DNA of 64,000 nucleotides from Ostrea edulis (taxonomy: Eukaryota). Location: NCBI RefSeq assembly GCF_947568905.1, contig NC_079165.1, positions 31,000,001 through 31,064,000 of the forward strand, in the 5' to 3' direction. A program made the translations under genes and the position numbers. Shown piece by piece: positions 1-13,289 of this stretch. The notes beneath the pieces are model-generated. The model saw nothing but the letters and a program-made list of their open reading frames with translations, was not told the DNA's origin and ran no database searches. The first letter of the stretch is position 1; the number at the start of each line of letters is the position of its first letter.

Positions 1-220
1 AATTTCTCTAAATAAGCATAATACACTGATCTACACATATTTGTAAGAACACTTCATTCAGTTCTATCATTAATAAGAAATGTGCCGAAAAATTGAAATG
101 GCAATTATTTAAAATACCAATCAAGATTGAACACTTTACCTAAAAAAAATTCTTTGTCTGAAAACACATTGGCATTCACTCAACATTTTCAAATAAGGGA
201 TTTCTAACAAATAGAACTAG

Positions 221-256
221 AAAAAGAGGCCCATGGGCCTTAACACTCACCTGAGT
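221..256 (+). mobile_element. Terminal fragment of a Helentron/HINE-like repeat (AAGAGGCCCATGGGCC..CTCACCTGAG); inverted relative at 2827-2861
   Basis: Recalled terminal motif, present twice in the window. Confidence 0.4.
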
Positions 257-446
257 ATTACAATCTACATAATCATATATAGTAAGTACATGTGAATTGG
301 TTATTATAAATTTTTCCATAATTCATTGTCAAAGATAATTTATGTCAGAAGTGATATAATAAAGATGCTCTGATAAATACCGAAACAATTCATCCCATAT
401 AAATCAAAAATAAAACACTGTATGTATCTCTTATCTTTGTTCAATT

Positions 447-638
447 GATTGATTGATTGTTTGCTGTTTTATGCCACACTCAACAATTTTTCAGTTATGT
501 GGTGGCACCCAGCTTTTATTGGTGGAAGAGAGAACCCAAATACAATGTACCTGGGAAGAGACCATCGACCTTCCGAAAGTAAACTGGGAAACTTTCTCAC
601 TTAACTGCGCGAGCAGGATTTGAACCCACACCGACCTA
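447..638 (-). mobile_element. SINE-like repeat with (CAAT)n tail and B-box-like GGTTCAAATCC
   Basis: Second copy at 60443-60595 plus 61556-61580. Confidence 0.65.
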
Positions 639-1889
639 AACATGCATGTATCTTATTTGCAATCACAGAATTCTGTATCATTTTCAATAAATTTCCAAAC
701 AAATATGGGTCATGATGTAAACTTAGGGGCATTTGTATATGTAATATCTATAAGGAAAATATGTTGCCAGTTGGCGACCTATTAGGACACAAAACCTTAA
801 GCTGATATCGTAAAGATAATGCTACATCTGTGATACAATTAAGGCATATTATTTATTGGAGTAAAGTTACTTATCATTGTCCTCTACAACAGGTGCAATA
901 TTCTCAAAGCTTTGCGCAAAAACTTGCATAGTATACCCATGTGGCCTAGCTATTCATAACTTGTTTGAATTATTACAAACCAAGAAAATAGACGATTTTC
1001 ATGTGTTCACCTAATTTTATTGAATCTATCACAACTCATTTAACCTCAGATACTAAGTTCAATGAGTCACAGAGTGCATGACTCTCACTGCGGCACTTAA
1101 ATTGTTTTTAAACTGAGAAGAGTGAGAAATATAAATTGAAGGCATTTTATTATTTATCACTTGCTACAAGTCATTGCTTGGATACATTTATAAGTGCCAA
1201 ACCTCATTTTAATCTCATTTTAATGCACAGATATGCAATCATCACTTGGATACACAGTAGGTGCAGTGTATCTCTTAAGGCACAGAGATATGCAAATCAT
1301 ATTACCAACTTAATCAGTTCAACATTCAATGCTGACATTATCATAAGGAATTAGATTTTAAACACACACACGGATGTGTGACTTGGACATGATTATCCCA
1401 ATGTCTACAGTTGCATGAAAAAATTTTCTTCCTAGAGAAAATTTTCCCCAAATGTATAATTTCATGTAAATCCATCTTTTTTCAAAAGTTCCTCTTGGAG
1501 CCATTTTCTCATCAATTTTAATGAAATACTGGAAGTCAATAAGAGAACCTTTACATACACATTTGTGTATGCTGCATTGTTCAAAATATGGTTCTGAAAA
1601 ATAGGTACAGCCAGTACTTTTTCAGTTGGATGAGTGTAAGTAATAAATGTATGATATGTTTGGACCAGTGAAATGAGTATTGAACCAGTACCTAAACAGT
1701 TGTGCATCCTGCACGGTTGTGCAGCTCACTGAGGGGCTAATTCCTTAAGGAAAAACTGTTAAAAACAGATAACCAGAAAATTTAAATGTACACTATCTCA
1801 TTTACTCAGAATTCTGGACAATCTCAAATTAGTAATAAAAACTCTATAGTCATTTGTTATTTCTTTATTTATAGTTCTCAAAAACTAAC

Positions 1890-2437
1890 AGCCATGACAG
1901 AATAGCCCTATGGACTGGAGGCACGAAGGGAACATGGAGAAGAACTGCATGTGGAAAGAGAAAGAAAACATGGAGAAAAACTGTGGAAAGAGAAAGGAAA
2001 CATGGAGAAGAACTGTGGACAGAGAAAGGAAACATGGAGAACTGTGGAAAGAGAAAGGAAACATGGAGAACTGTGGAAAGAGAAAGGAAACATGGAGAAG
2101 ATCCGTGGAAAGAGAAAGGAAACATGGAGAAGAACTGTGGACAGAGAAAGGGAACATGGAGAAGAACTGTGGACAGAGAAAGGGAACATGGAGAAGAACT
2201 GTGGAAAGAGAAAGGAAACATGGAGAAAAACTGTGGAAAGAAAAAGGAAACATCATCATCGGAAGAACTGTGGAAAGAAAAAGGAAACATGGAGAACTGT
2301 GGAAAGAGAAAGGAAACAACTGGGAATCAGATCATGGGATGAAGCTGCCAGGGAAGCCAAAGACAGAACAGAATGGAGAGGAAATTATCCATAGCCTAAG
2401 TCTCCACATAGAGAGATGAAACTGATGATGATGATGA
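1890..2437 (+). mobile_element. 3' end of an RTE-type LINE with an internally amplified ~31-bp minisatellite and (TGA)n tail
   Basis: Reads K.RKETWRRTVERERKQLGIRSWDEAAREAKDRTEWRG, typical of RTE C-termini, followed by tgatgatgatga. Confidence 0.75.
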
Positions 2438-2572
2438 ATCCAAAAGTACTGATAATCTGACTGCCAATGATAATATCAGATCCACGAATATTGAAATTTA
2501 ATGCTGCCTTGCATCATGTAATCTCTCTTACACTGTCACGTTATTTTTTTCCCTGAGGGAATATTTAAAAAG

Positions 2573-2787
2573 TAGTGTAAAAGTGGTTATTTGCATGTGG
2601 GGAAAATTTACACTAATTATGAGGTCACATAAAAAGTGGGTAAAATTCCCCCACGCGTATTGTTATAAATATTTGATATAATATATATTATACTTAATTT
2701 ACCACATATTTTCCCCCCACGCATAATGTTGGACGTGGAAAAACGCGTACTTAACCCTCATCATAAATATAAGCCACTTTTACAGCA
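2573..2787. mobile_element. MITE with TA(C/G)TGTAAAAGTG terminal inverted repeats; inverted relative at 45493-45705
   Basis: TIRs and two dispersed copies. Confidence 0.6.
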
Positions 2788-3393
2788 ATATGTTTGGCAA
2801 TTTATCATCAGTTAGAACAAGGAGACTAAGGTGAGCAATGTGACCCATGAACCACTTGCTCATATTACACTACTGTGGGGGTCTATTCATTTCCCATCTC
2901 CAGAACTGGTCCAGGATATCGCCAGTATGTCTCCAGCCTCTACTTGCTATTTGAGAAACAGACAATAGAGATCTACTGGAGATCTCCGTACTGCAAGCGA
3001 GCAATTAAATTAGGATCACTCTTGTAGCTCTCCACCGGACCAAATGAATACAGCCTTTGTCTCATACACATATAATTTAGTATTAATTATAGTTTGTTAA
3101 TCCAAAACTATCAATCTATCATTGAAATGATTTTGTTTCTTTTGGGGAATTACAAGCAATTATTGCACATTTCTTTCTTTTATGCATTTTGGGGGACAAC
3201 AGCTAGTTCACATATTTAGGTGTATAATAATTGTAGTAATTAAATTTTCCCCACCCATAAACAAAGGGAAATATAAAATGGATGCAATCTATACCAGGAA
3301 GTCTATTACATATCGACTAGGCCCAGATTTCACCATAGCATACAGTAGTAATGGAAATATGTAAAAACTCAAAAGATGATTGATTGCTCCTAC

Positions 3394-3475
3394 CATATTT
3401 TGTGTCCTCTACCACTGGGTCAGACTCCTTAGTTGATTCTCGGTACCTGGGATCTTTTTTATCCTTTTTGCCCAT
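3394..3475 (-). CDS. Candidate alternative first exon (MGKKDKKDPRYRESTKESDPVVEDTKYG)
   Basis: Kozak context ACAATGG, ends KYG with phase-1 donor G|GTAGGA. Confidence 0.58.
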
Positions 3476-3938
3476 TGTGGATGATTACAAATACATGATC
3501 TGCATTTTTCATTGCAATTACTCTTCAATGTTCGAATGGGACATTAGCTCCCGACAACATTTATCTTATCGAACTGAGGACATGTGAGGGTCTGATAAGA
3601 GATCCCAGGTAAAAATATCTACACCCTTCATCTACATATACCTGGTAACGAAGTATGCATAAGCGAGAATCAATTTCAAACATTCTAATTAGGATTAACT
3701 TTCCCCCCTTGTGACTTTCTAGGCATATGAGGATATTAATCACACTCAGCTTGCTACACTTTCAATTTTATCTCATAATGCTTGTAAAAGGTATATCAAC
3801 ATGGATACAAGGAACAATGGTCTTGCACAATCTTTTTCTCTCTCTCAAACTGTCAGATAATTGCATCATCAATATTATGCGGATCATATCAGCCAATAGT
3901 TAAGCACCCCTACTAACTTACCATTGAAATGTCAAGGT

Positions 3939-4890
3939 CAATGTTAGATAAATCATACTGAACTACTGGGTCAACATACCCAATGTTAGATAAATCATAC
4001 TGAACTACTGGGTCAACATACCCAATGTTAGATAAATCATACTGAGCTACTGGGTCAACATACCCAATGTTAGATAAATCATACTGAGCTACTGGGTCAA
4101 CATACCCAATGTTAGATAAATCATACTGAGATACTGGGTCAACATACCCAATGTTAGATAAATCATACTGAACTACTGGGTCAACATACCCAATGTTAGA
4201 TAAATCATACTGAGGTACTGGGTCAACATACCCAATGTTAGATAAATCATACTGAGCTACTGGGTCAACATACCCAATGTTAGATAAATCATACTGAGCT
4301 ACTGGGTCAACATACCCAATGTTAGATAAATCATACCGAGATACTGGGTCAACATACCCAATGTTAGATAAATCATACCGAACTACTGGGTCAACATACC
4401 CAATGTTAGATAAATCATACTGAGCTACTGGGTCAACATACCCAATGTTAGATAAATCATACTGAACTACTGGGTCAACATACCCAATGTTAGATAAATC
4501 ATATTGAGATACTGGGTCAACATACCCAATGTTAGATAAATCATACTGAGCTACTGGGTCAACATACCCAATGTTAGATAAATCATACTGAGCTACTGGG
4601 CTAACATACCCAATGTTAGATAAATCATACTGAGCACTGGGCCAACATACCCAATGTTAGATAAATCATACTGAGATACTGGGTCAACATACCCAATGTT
4701 AGATAAATCATACTGAGATACTGGGTCAACATACCCAATGTTAGATAAATCATACTGAGATACTGGGCCAACATACCCAATGTTAGATAAATCATACCAA
4801 ACTCTGGGCCAACATACCCAATGTTAGATAAATCATACTGAGCTACTGGGCCAACATACATGTACCTAATGTTAGATAAATCATACTGAA
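3939..4890. repeat. 42-bp tandem array, about 22 copies (CAATGTTAGATAAATCATACTGAGCTACTGGGTCAACATACC)
   Basis: Period counted directly. Confidence 0.97.
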
Positions 4891-7800
4891 ATGAAGTCTA
4901 TTCTGATATTACCAAACGTTATTAACACATTGTAACATAAAGGTTGGATTCATGGAAGGGCCGGTCCTATTATAAAGAAACCACTTAATCATATACATCT
5001 ATATGTGTTTAATATGCTTTGCTATCAACTTTCTTTTGCTCTTCCAAGAATTATATACCCAATGATCAATACTAATGACTCGTGATTTAATGGATGTATA
5101 TATGTACTTCCTTCTAGAGTAAATACTGAAATATTCATAGTTTTCAGCCTACGTCATGGTACCAATACCTCTATTGTCATAGTAATAACATAAATATTTA
5201 CATTAGGTCAGATATCGTAATATCATGCACACCTTGCATTATACAGGTATCCCATTGTTTCTGAATGTTTCTGAATGTAATCTTGATAAAATTGTCACAA
5301 CTGGGTCATTTAAATCTACTAACAGTATATGTGTTAGCATTTTGGATAGATATTAATGGTTCTTAATGGTTATAAAAATAGTATACATACCTATTGTTTC
5401 ATTCAATCATAAATATGAATTTTATTCTTGCACGTTTTGTTGTAATTTGATTTGTATACATGAAATAACTGTACAATTTTGGGGGTATATGAAGTGCCGA
5501 GTGACATATATGCATGATGCCATGAATGAGGATATGTTGTAATATAAATTACTCTATATGAATACATTCTGAGTAATCTGACCAACACGTCTTTTCTTTC
5601 ATATTGTGCAACACACAACAAAATTAGTATTTCTTGTAAGCAACACTTAGGGCACACCTTTTGTGTCAAATGAGACCATCTTTTAAAAAGATCTATTAAA
5701 AAAACATGCATACTCTGCACAAGGATATTTTTTTTTTTTAACATATTTTCTTTAAATGACCTTGAACTAGAATCAGGACACAGCATAATGTCATAAGAAA
5801 CTTTTGTGTCCAGTATAAGTATCTAATCTTTCTCTGGTGCATTAAGATACATATACATGTAGTTTCAAAGATATTCCATATTTGTTACAATAATGACTTA
5901 ATCATAAACCTAAAACCAACCCTGTAGATTAATGTTAGTCTACAATGTGTTCAGTAATTCATATACCTTTAGGAAGCTAAAATTTGTTTGACTAGACCAT
6001 CGATGCTATTCAATAAGCATGCTTTTTGAATTGTACCAAAATAATAAATCATAAATTTGAAAATTACATGCAAACCCCACTTAAATTCTACTCTTACACT
6101 GTAATTCCTACAATCTGTTTCGATCAACATCAGCTTAATGCTTGCAGCTTCTCGTGTAGCTTGCACCTTGTATAGCTTGTGTCTAGCTCACACACTGACC
6201 TTGAATGTGCAATCACAATGTCACCAAATTATCAAAACAAAAATACTTTTCTCAAAATGGAAAGCATAGAAGCAGTTGAAATGATACATGTATAAGTTTA
6301 TTTGCTTGTCTTTCAAATTTAAAAAAAGGGTATGCCAAGGCAATTCTATGCAAACTGTACTGCAGGTGAAAAGTCATCTTTAGCATGTTTAGCCATTTTT
6401 AAACTTTACATATGGAGTGAAAAAAGATTAAACAAGTACATGTAGTTCCAGCAAAGAAATATAACAAATCGGTGCATATCCCTACACAAATTGTATCCGA
6501 GGTCTGTGTGAAGCATAACGGAATCACCCAAGGATTGCCGGTTGACATAATAATGCAATTGATATAGGTGTATATTGAATGCGATGTATGTATGTATGCT
6601 CTTGTTTTCAAGTTGAATACATGCATATAACCTTATATTAGTCGTAAACTAAAACATGAAATTAAAGTACTTTATAGAATAAGATTGTCACTAGAGTATC
6701 AAGATGACCACTAAAATATTCACTAAAACCTGAAATTTTTGCAAAATATAGAAATGATATCGATAATTGCCGCATGTTTTCCTGCATGGTCATATGTACA
6801 AGATCTTGCACAATGAGCGAACATTTTTGGAAAGACCATGTGCATCAGACCAATATTGCTCCCTGAAACACTTGTCCCTAGTAAAACAACATGCAATCAC
6901 ACAGAAATCTAATAATAAAATAAAAGATAAGCTAATATAAATCATTATTTCAGATACGTTTAAGAGCTTGTAGTAATTAAGAATGGCATACAACAAGCAC
7001 ATCACATTATAAAGCATGTTCAATATTTACTTTTGGAGAGTGACCAAAATCAGCTCCACGAGCTATACGAGATTTTGATACCATCTACACAACTATCAAA
7101 GGTAAATTGCATGGAGGTGAAAACTAAAAGCTACTGGTGATTTATGCTGGGCATTAAGAAATGAATGGGAAAATTGATGTGAATTCTAGAAAGCTTTATA
7201 AAGTAAGAAAAGAAACTTCGCTGTAGCGACAGTATATACTACATATATGATATTCACCCTGACCTGAAATATAGCTTTAAAAAATATCATACCGTGTATA
7301 TTCAGAAATTAATACTTACTAAGTAAAGGTTAAATTGTGGACATACAATGTACAGAGAGACAGATAAACAGATACAGTGTAGCGCAAAAGCAATTTTTAA
7401 GATATCAAAATTAATTGATAATCATCGACCTTGGTTATGTAAAATGATAAAAGACTGTCAATATTAGCAGCAAAAGATCAGGTTTATTTCTACAGTCCGA
7501 GTTTAATACAAAATATTCTTGCAGGACATGGATATTTGTCAGACCCCTCAGACAGAGTTTACATGATATTGGTTTACTGATAGCTCTGATCAAATCTTGA
7601 TCTATAATCAATAAAATACCAAGACACTTACTGTTTGCAACTAATCCCCATTATCCTCACTACCTTGAAATGCAAATTTAGGATCGATGATAACAACTTA
7701 CACCAACAACCTCCTGCAGTCCTCTATCAGTGTTATAGGCAGTGAAGTTTTAATGACACAGTTTTATATTAAAATATGGGGAGTTTTGTTGAAAGTGCTA

Positions 7801-7959
7801 GGATAAATTTATTGCATTCAAATTTATGGAATATGAAGTGTGGGTTTTTATTTATGGGTGTGCTTTTTTAAGTTTTAAATAAATAGTTATATATCAAACT
7901 TTACAGTTCAGAAGCTCATTATGACACAAGTTTGAGCTAATGTCCTATCATCAAAGCCT

Positions 7960-10012
7960 CAGTTCTCTGGGAACTAATGTCCTACCCCAATGTCCTTGTT
8001 GTCTAACTAACTAATGCCCATGCAGTGTCCTTGTTGTCTAGAGAACTTAAATGTCCCAGTATCCTTGTTGTCTAGAGGACTAATGTCCATTATTCAAAAT
8101 TAACCAAAGATCGATAAACAAAGTCTATGTCAAATGACACTGGTCAGTATGCCAATTGTAATTGAGATAGACCAAATTGTCTATGCCGATTTCTAGTTAT
8201 CCCAAAGGACCCAGCATGGTCAGTTGACGTCTGATAAATGTTATGAGGAAAGGAAGATAATGTAATGGAAATGGAAAGAGAATATGCTCTCTAAGTACAT
8301 TACATGTAAATGAAAATGTAATAGATTTGTGGGGTTTTTTTCCAATGTTATGGTCTATGCCAATTCGATGAGGTCTATGTCATCTTATTTTGGCATGGAC
8401 CTATGGTCCGAGTATACCAAGTTTTAAACCAATTTCAAACACTGAATGTCCAATTGTCCTTGTTGTCTAGAGAACTAATGTCCTACACCCAGTGTCCTTG
8501 TTGTCTAGAGAATTAATGTCCCAGTGTTCTTGTTGTCTAGAGAACTAATGTCCTGGGGTCCTTGTTATCTAGAGAACTAATGTCCCAGTGTCCTTTTTGT
8601 CTAGGGAACTAATGTCCTACACCCAGTGTCCTTGTTGTCTAGAGAACTAATGTCCCAGTGTCCTTTTTGTCTAGGGAACTAATGTCCTACACCCAGTGTC
8701 CTTGTTGTCTAGAGAACTAATGTCCTGGGGTCCTTTTTGTCTAGGGAACTATTTTTCTAATGTCCTACACCCAGTATCCTTGTTGTCTAGAGAACTAATG
8801 TCCTGGGGTCCTTTTTGTCTAGAGAACTAATGTCCTACTCCCAGAGTCCTTGTTGTCTAGAGAACTAATGTCCTGGGGTCCTTGTTGTCTAGAGAATTAA
8901 TGTCCCAGTGTCCTTGTTGTCTAGAGAATTAATGTCCTACACCCAGTGTCCTTGTTGTCTAGAGAATTAATGTCCTACACCCAGTGTCCTTGTTGTCTAG
9001 AGAACTAATGTCCCAGTGTCCTTGTTGTCTAGAGAACTAATGTCCCAGTGTCCTTGTTGTCTAGAGAACTAATGTCCTGGGGTCCTTTTTGTCTAGGGAA
9101 CTAATGTCCTACACCCAGTGTCCTTGTTGTCTAGAGAACTAATGTCCTGGGGTCCTTTTTGTCTAGGGAACTATTTTTCTAATGTCCTACACCCAGTATC
9201 CTTGTTGTCTAGAGAACTAATGTCCTGGGGTCCTTTTTGTCTAGAGAACTAATGTCCTACACCCAGTGTCCTTGTTGTCTAGAGAATTAATGTCCCAGTG
9301 TCCTTGTTGTCTAGAGAACTAATGTCCTACACCCAGTGTCCTTGTTGTCTAGAGAATTAATGTCCTACACCCAGTGTCCTTGTTGTCTAGAGAACTAATG
9401 TACCAGTGTCCTTGTTGTCTAGAGAACTAATGTCCTGGGGTCCTTTTTGTCTAGGGAACTAATGTCCTACACCCAGTGTCCTTGTTGTCTAGAGAACTAA
9501 TGTCCCAGTGTCCTTGTTGTCTAGAGAACTAATGTCCTACACCCAGTGTCCTTGTTGTCTAGAGAACTAATGTCCTACACCCAGTGTCCTTGTTGTCTAG
9601 AGAATTAATGTCCTACACCCAGTGTCCTTGTTGTCTAGAGAACTAATGTCCCAGTGTCCTTGTTGTCTAGAGAACTAATGTCCCAGTGTCCTTGTTGTCT
9701 AGAGAACTAATGTCCTGGGGTCCTTTTTGTCTAGGGAACTAATGTCCTACACCCAGTGTCCTTGTTGTCTAGAGAACTAATGTCCCAGTGTCCTTGTTGT
9801 CTAGAGAACTAATGTCCCAATGTCCTTGCTGTCTAGAGAACTAATGTCCTACACCCAGTGTCCTTGTTGTCTAGAGAACTAATGTCCTGGGGTCCTTTTT
9901 GTCTAGGGAACTAATGTCCTACACCCAGTATCCTTGTTGTCTAGAGAATTAATGTCCCAGTGTCCTTGTTGTCTGGAGAACTAATGTCCTACCCTAAGCG
10001 CCTTTGTTGTCT
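7960..10012. repeat. 32/38-bp minisatellite (CTAGAGAACTAATGTCC[TACAC]CCAGTGTCCTTGTTGT); main array 8445-10012, small outlier 7960-8090
   Basis: Direct observation. Confidence 0.96.
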
Positions 10013-10954
10013 GATGCTCTATACAGCTAGATTGAAGTTATCAAATGGTTCAGTTGACCTTGCATGATTCAAACATGCATGGATGATGCATCTAGAAGTG
10101 CACACAACCATTCATGATTTGGATGTTGCTTCTGGTCTATAGTTTTGGGATGAAGGAACAGATTATATTTTTTTGTTGCTATTCCAAATCTGAGTTACTC
10201 TTAACTTTTTCAAGGTTTTCTTGCATGGATGATAGTGTATCTATGGAATGACTTATAATTTGGTTATTGCATCTGACCATTATTTTCTGAATTAATACAT
10301 AGGCAATGGTTTTCAATTCTTCACTCTTCAGTAGCTGTAACCTCTAAGTAATTAAAATTTTCATGCTTGATTCTCATTACAATTTCAACAGATAAAATGT
10401 ATTTTGCTATTTTGATCTGCATAAACCTATTCATAATGTTGATTCAGGAAGAGTCCTTACATTAACTTGATTCATACTGTACTCTTCTTCATAAATGTTA
10501 AACCAACTCTGTTATAAATTCAGACTACAGTAAAGCATGGTTATTCTAACTCTCAATGAAAGGCAAAGACATGCATTGGAATCTGAATTTCAATTTTTGA
10601 AGTCTTGAATTTGAGCATTTGGTGCAGGAACAGTCACTACCAAGTAAAGTCTCAGGTCTGATCCAAAAACATTAGAACTCACAACTTTTGCTCTAAAAGC
10701 AAATATTTACATTCACTGAATCTTTTCTCTTATATTTCTATTGCTTTCATCTGCAACAATGAATGTATGATTGTTGCAAACTAGTTCCATCCGGTTTTTA
10801 GTACCCCCTGTCTGTGTAATCATTACCAAATATGGAGCATCATCAAGGTCAAGGGGTGCATTGGCTGTTCTGTTAACATAGCGAATGGGTCAACCATATG
10901 ATGTTTTAGTACTTAAATATAGTTTATATTTTAAAACAATGCATTAAAATGTAA

Positions 10955-11116
10955 ATAATAAAATGTCTTTTTTGTTGTTTCATCGGATGATGAAGGTAGC
11001 ATTGCATTGCAGAAAAAAATTACATTACCAGCTTCCAGAGTTATGAATTTTTTCTGCAATGCCAACTACCTTCATCACCTGATGAAACAACAAAGAAAGC
11101 ATTTTATTGTTTAAAT
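10955..11116. mobile_element. Foldback MITE (long imperfect palindrome around a ~24-nt spacer)
   Basis: gttgtttcatc..gaaggtag..gcattgcagaaaaaaatt mirrored by aattttttctgcaatgc..ctaccttc..gatgaaacaac. Confidence 0.75.
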
Positions 11117-11339
11117 GAAAACCAAATATAACATGGCATCTAAATTAATGAGAGGTCATAGCACAACCAATTTAACAAGTGTTTGTAGAGAAACTGACCT
11201 AACAGCTATTTCACAGTGCAGCAAATTTTACAATAGTTCATGATCAGTCACAAAGCAAATGTACAACTTAATTTATGGGAAATCACTGTCAAAGGGGGAG
11301 GGGTGGACAGAGGGACCCACTACACCAGCACCTTCATTC

Positions 11340-11612
11340 TCTCCTCTTCACTTCTTTCCTCTCCTCTTCCCTCCCTTCTCTCTTTCCCCTGTCTCCTTCC
11401 CCAACTTATTTCCTCCTCTCTCCTGCCCTCTTCCTTCCCTCCCCAACTTATTTCCTCCTCTCTCCTGCCCCCTTCCTTCCCTCCCCAACCTATTTTCTCC
11501 TCTCTCCTGCCCCCTCCCCCCCCCCAACTTATTTCCTCCTCTCTCCTGCCTACTTCTTCCCCTCCCCAACTTATTTCTTCCTCTCTCCTGCCCCCCCCCC
11601 CCCCCCCCCCCA
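11340..11612. repeat. C/T-rich ~42-bp tandem repeat (5 units) ending in poly-C
   Basis: Explains the Pro/Ser and Gly/Arg/Glu ORFs in the track. Confidence 0.9.
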
Positions 11613-13243
11613 TTTTATCCTGTCTGGCTCCTCCTTCACAAAGCAAACACACAAGTAAACAGATAAAATTTAGGGTTGGATGGTGTTTTTCATTTTGTAA
11701 ATTACTTCCCTGTGCCTTCAAATATCTCTTCATCATTGGTGTCATTGTGAATTTCAGAACAGTTAGAACAAAAACTTTGCTTTCAAACAATAATGCAAGG
11801 AACTCTTTTATGTTAAATTGTTACTATACTTCCTCTGACAAATACCCAGGCATGTAGGAACTACCCACTTCCTTATTTAAAGACTTCAATGGTGCATTGA
11901 TAACAGGCAGCTTAACTCACATTTATCATCTCTATATTGTGATAATTTAATTCATATTTTACCCATTCTTTCTCAAACCATTTTAAGTTTTGCTTGTCAC
12001 CAAAATGAGGAGATACACTGTAGCCTTATATACTTTTATAGATATGTCAAAACTGGGTATACATGTACATGTATACATGAGTATACATAAGCCATGCCCT
12101 ATTTCATTTTATCAAAATTTCTTGGTACACTTTTTTTCACTAACAGGCCAGGTTAGATTTATGTACCATGTATGCTTTTTTCTTCATCAAAATTTGACAT
12201 TTCGACCATCATTTAAAATTCAGGGTAATCAAAATATTTGTGCACATACTTGATGATTGACAATAGCCATAAAATTACAGTCCTCCATAAACACAGTGAA
12301 GAAGACTTGCAATGGTGAACAAAAGAAACAGCAATAAAAGTTATAAACTTGGGTATTTTGTAACATTCGACCAACAGCTTGCTAACGGTAAATATTTGAG
12401 CTATGAATATATGTAGTCGATTACATCAAAAATCAATGTTGGGGAGAAAAAGTTAAATTCATTTGGGGGGGGGGGGGGGGTGCGGGGTTATTATCAACTT
12501 TGTTTTTCCTTCAGTCACATTAATTAACATAATCAGTATATACTAAAGTGATGCTTTAAAACTGCAAAAATCATTATAGTTAAATTCATAGTTATGAAAT
12601 TCATAATTTCATAATTAAATTCATAATTATGTTGGTATAATACTGATATTATCCATTTACTTGTGTATACAACTCATTAGCAATCCATATATGTATGTAC
12701 TCGTTTCCCCAACATGCTACATCCACATGTAGTTTGCAGTCCATGTAACCTGAAATTAATGTTGTAAACTTTCTTTCTTTTTTGAAATTTCCTTCTTTAT
12801 AAGCTGTCTTGCTGTTATGCCCTCTGGGCCCAAAATTGGAATAAAACTTATCTTATCTATACTAAATGGTGTGCTTGATTTTGGTTAGACATCGAAGGGT
12901 GAAACGGAGTATAAAATTTTCATATCACCCCCTTCACATGGAAAAAATCCAAGTTACATGCACTTGTGGAATTTACCCACATCTTGAAAATCCATCTTGT
13001 TTTCGTATACATGTTTCTTTACAATATATATCTAAAAGAGGATCGTTCATGTATATTTACAAAACGAAATTCACACTACTTATGGTGACTCCTGCAAAAC
13101 AAGATACAGCTTTTTTCTTAAATCGTCATAATAGATAGAAATATTTGTTATCTTAGGCTTTATTTTGTTTCATTTCGCTAAGAGAGAGAGAGAGAGAGAA
13201 CACCCCATATACTACCCCAGAAATACAATGTAAAACATCTCAC

Positions 13244-13289
13244 CATATTTTTCCTGGACGTGCTCGGTGTCTGCTACCTTGTTGCTCAT
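13244..13289 (-). CDS. Candidate first coding exon of a second SLC44 paralogue (MSNKVADTEHVQEKYG)
   Basis: Shares KVAD and the terminal Y/M-G phase-1 donor (G|GTGAGA) with exon 1 of the upstream gene; CpG-richer region; downstream exons are not in the window. Confidence 0.6.

Noticed and set aside
1340-1600. Open minus-strand frame after a good acceptor (PYFEQCSIHKC...)
   Set aside because: Not SLC44-like and not recognisable; unsupported without homology data.
1865-2419. Overlapping 93-169 aa ORFs on both strands
   Set aside because: Products of the minisatellite inside an RTE fragment, not genes.
10000-10900. Protein-like minus-strand frames (RYVNRTANAPLDLDDAPY...)
   Set aside because: Interrupted by stops, no recognisable family, no consistent splice chain.
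11240-11857. Pro/Ser-rich and Gly/Arg/Glu-rich ORFs
   Set aside because: Low-complexity repeat translations.
12956-13000. Possible fourth first exon MDFQDVG with phase-1 donor GTAAAT
   Set aside because: Too short and no similarity to the other N-termini; cannot be told from chance.
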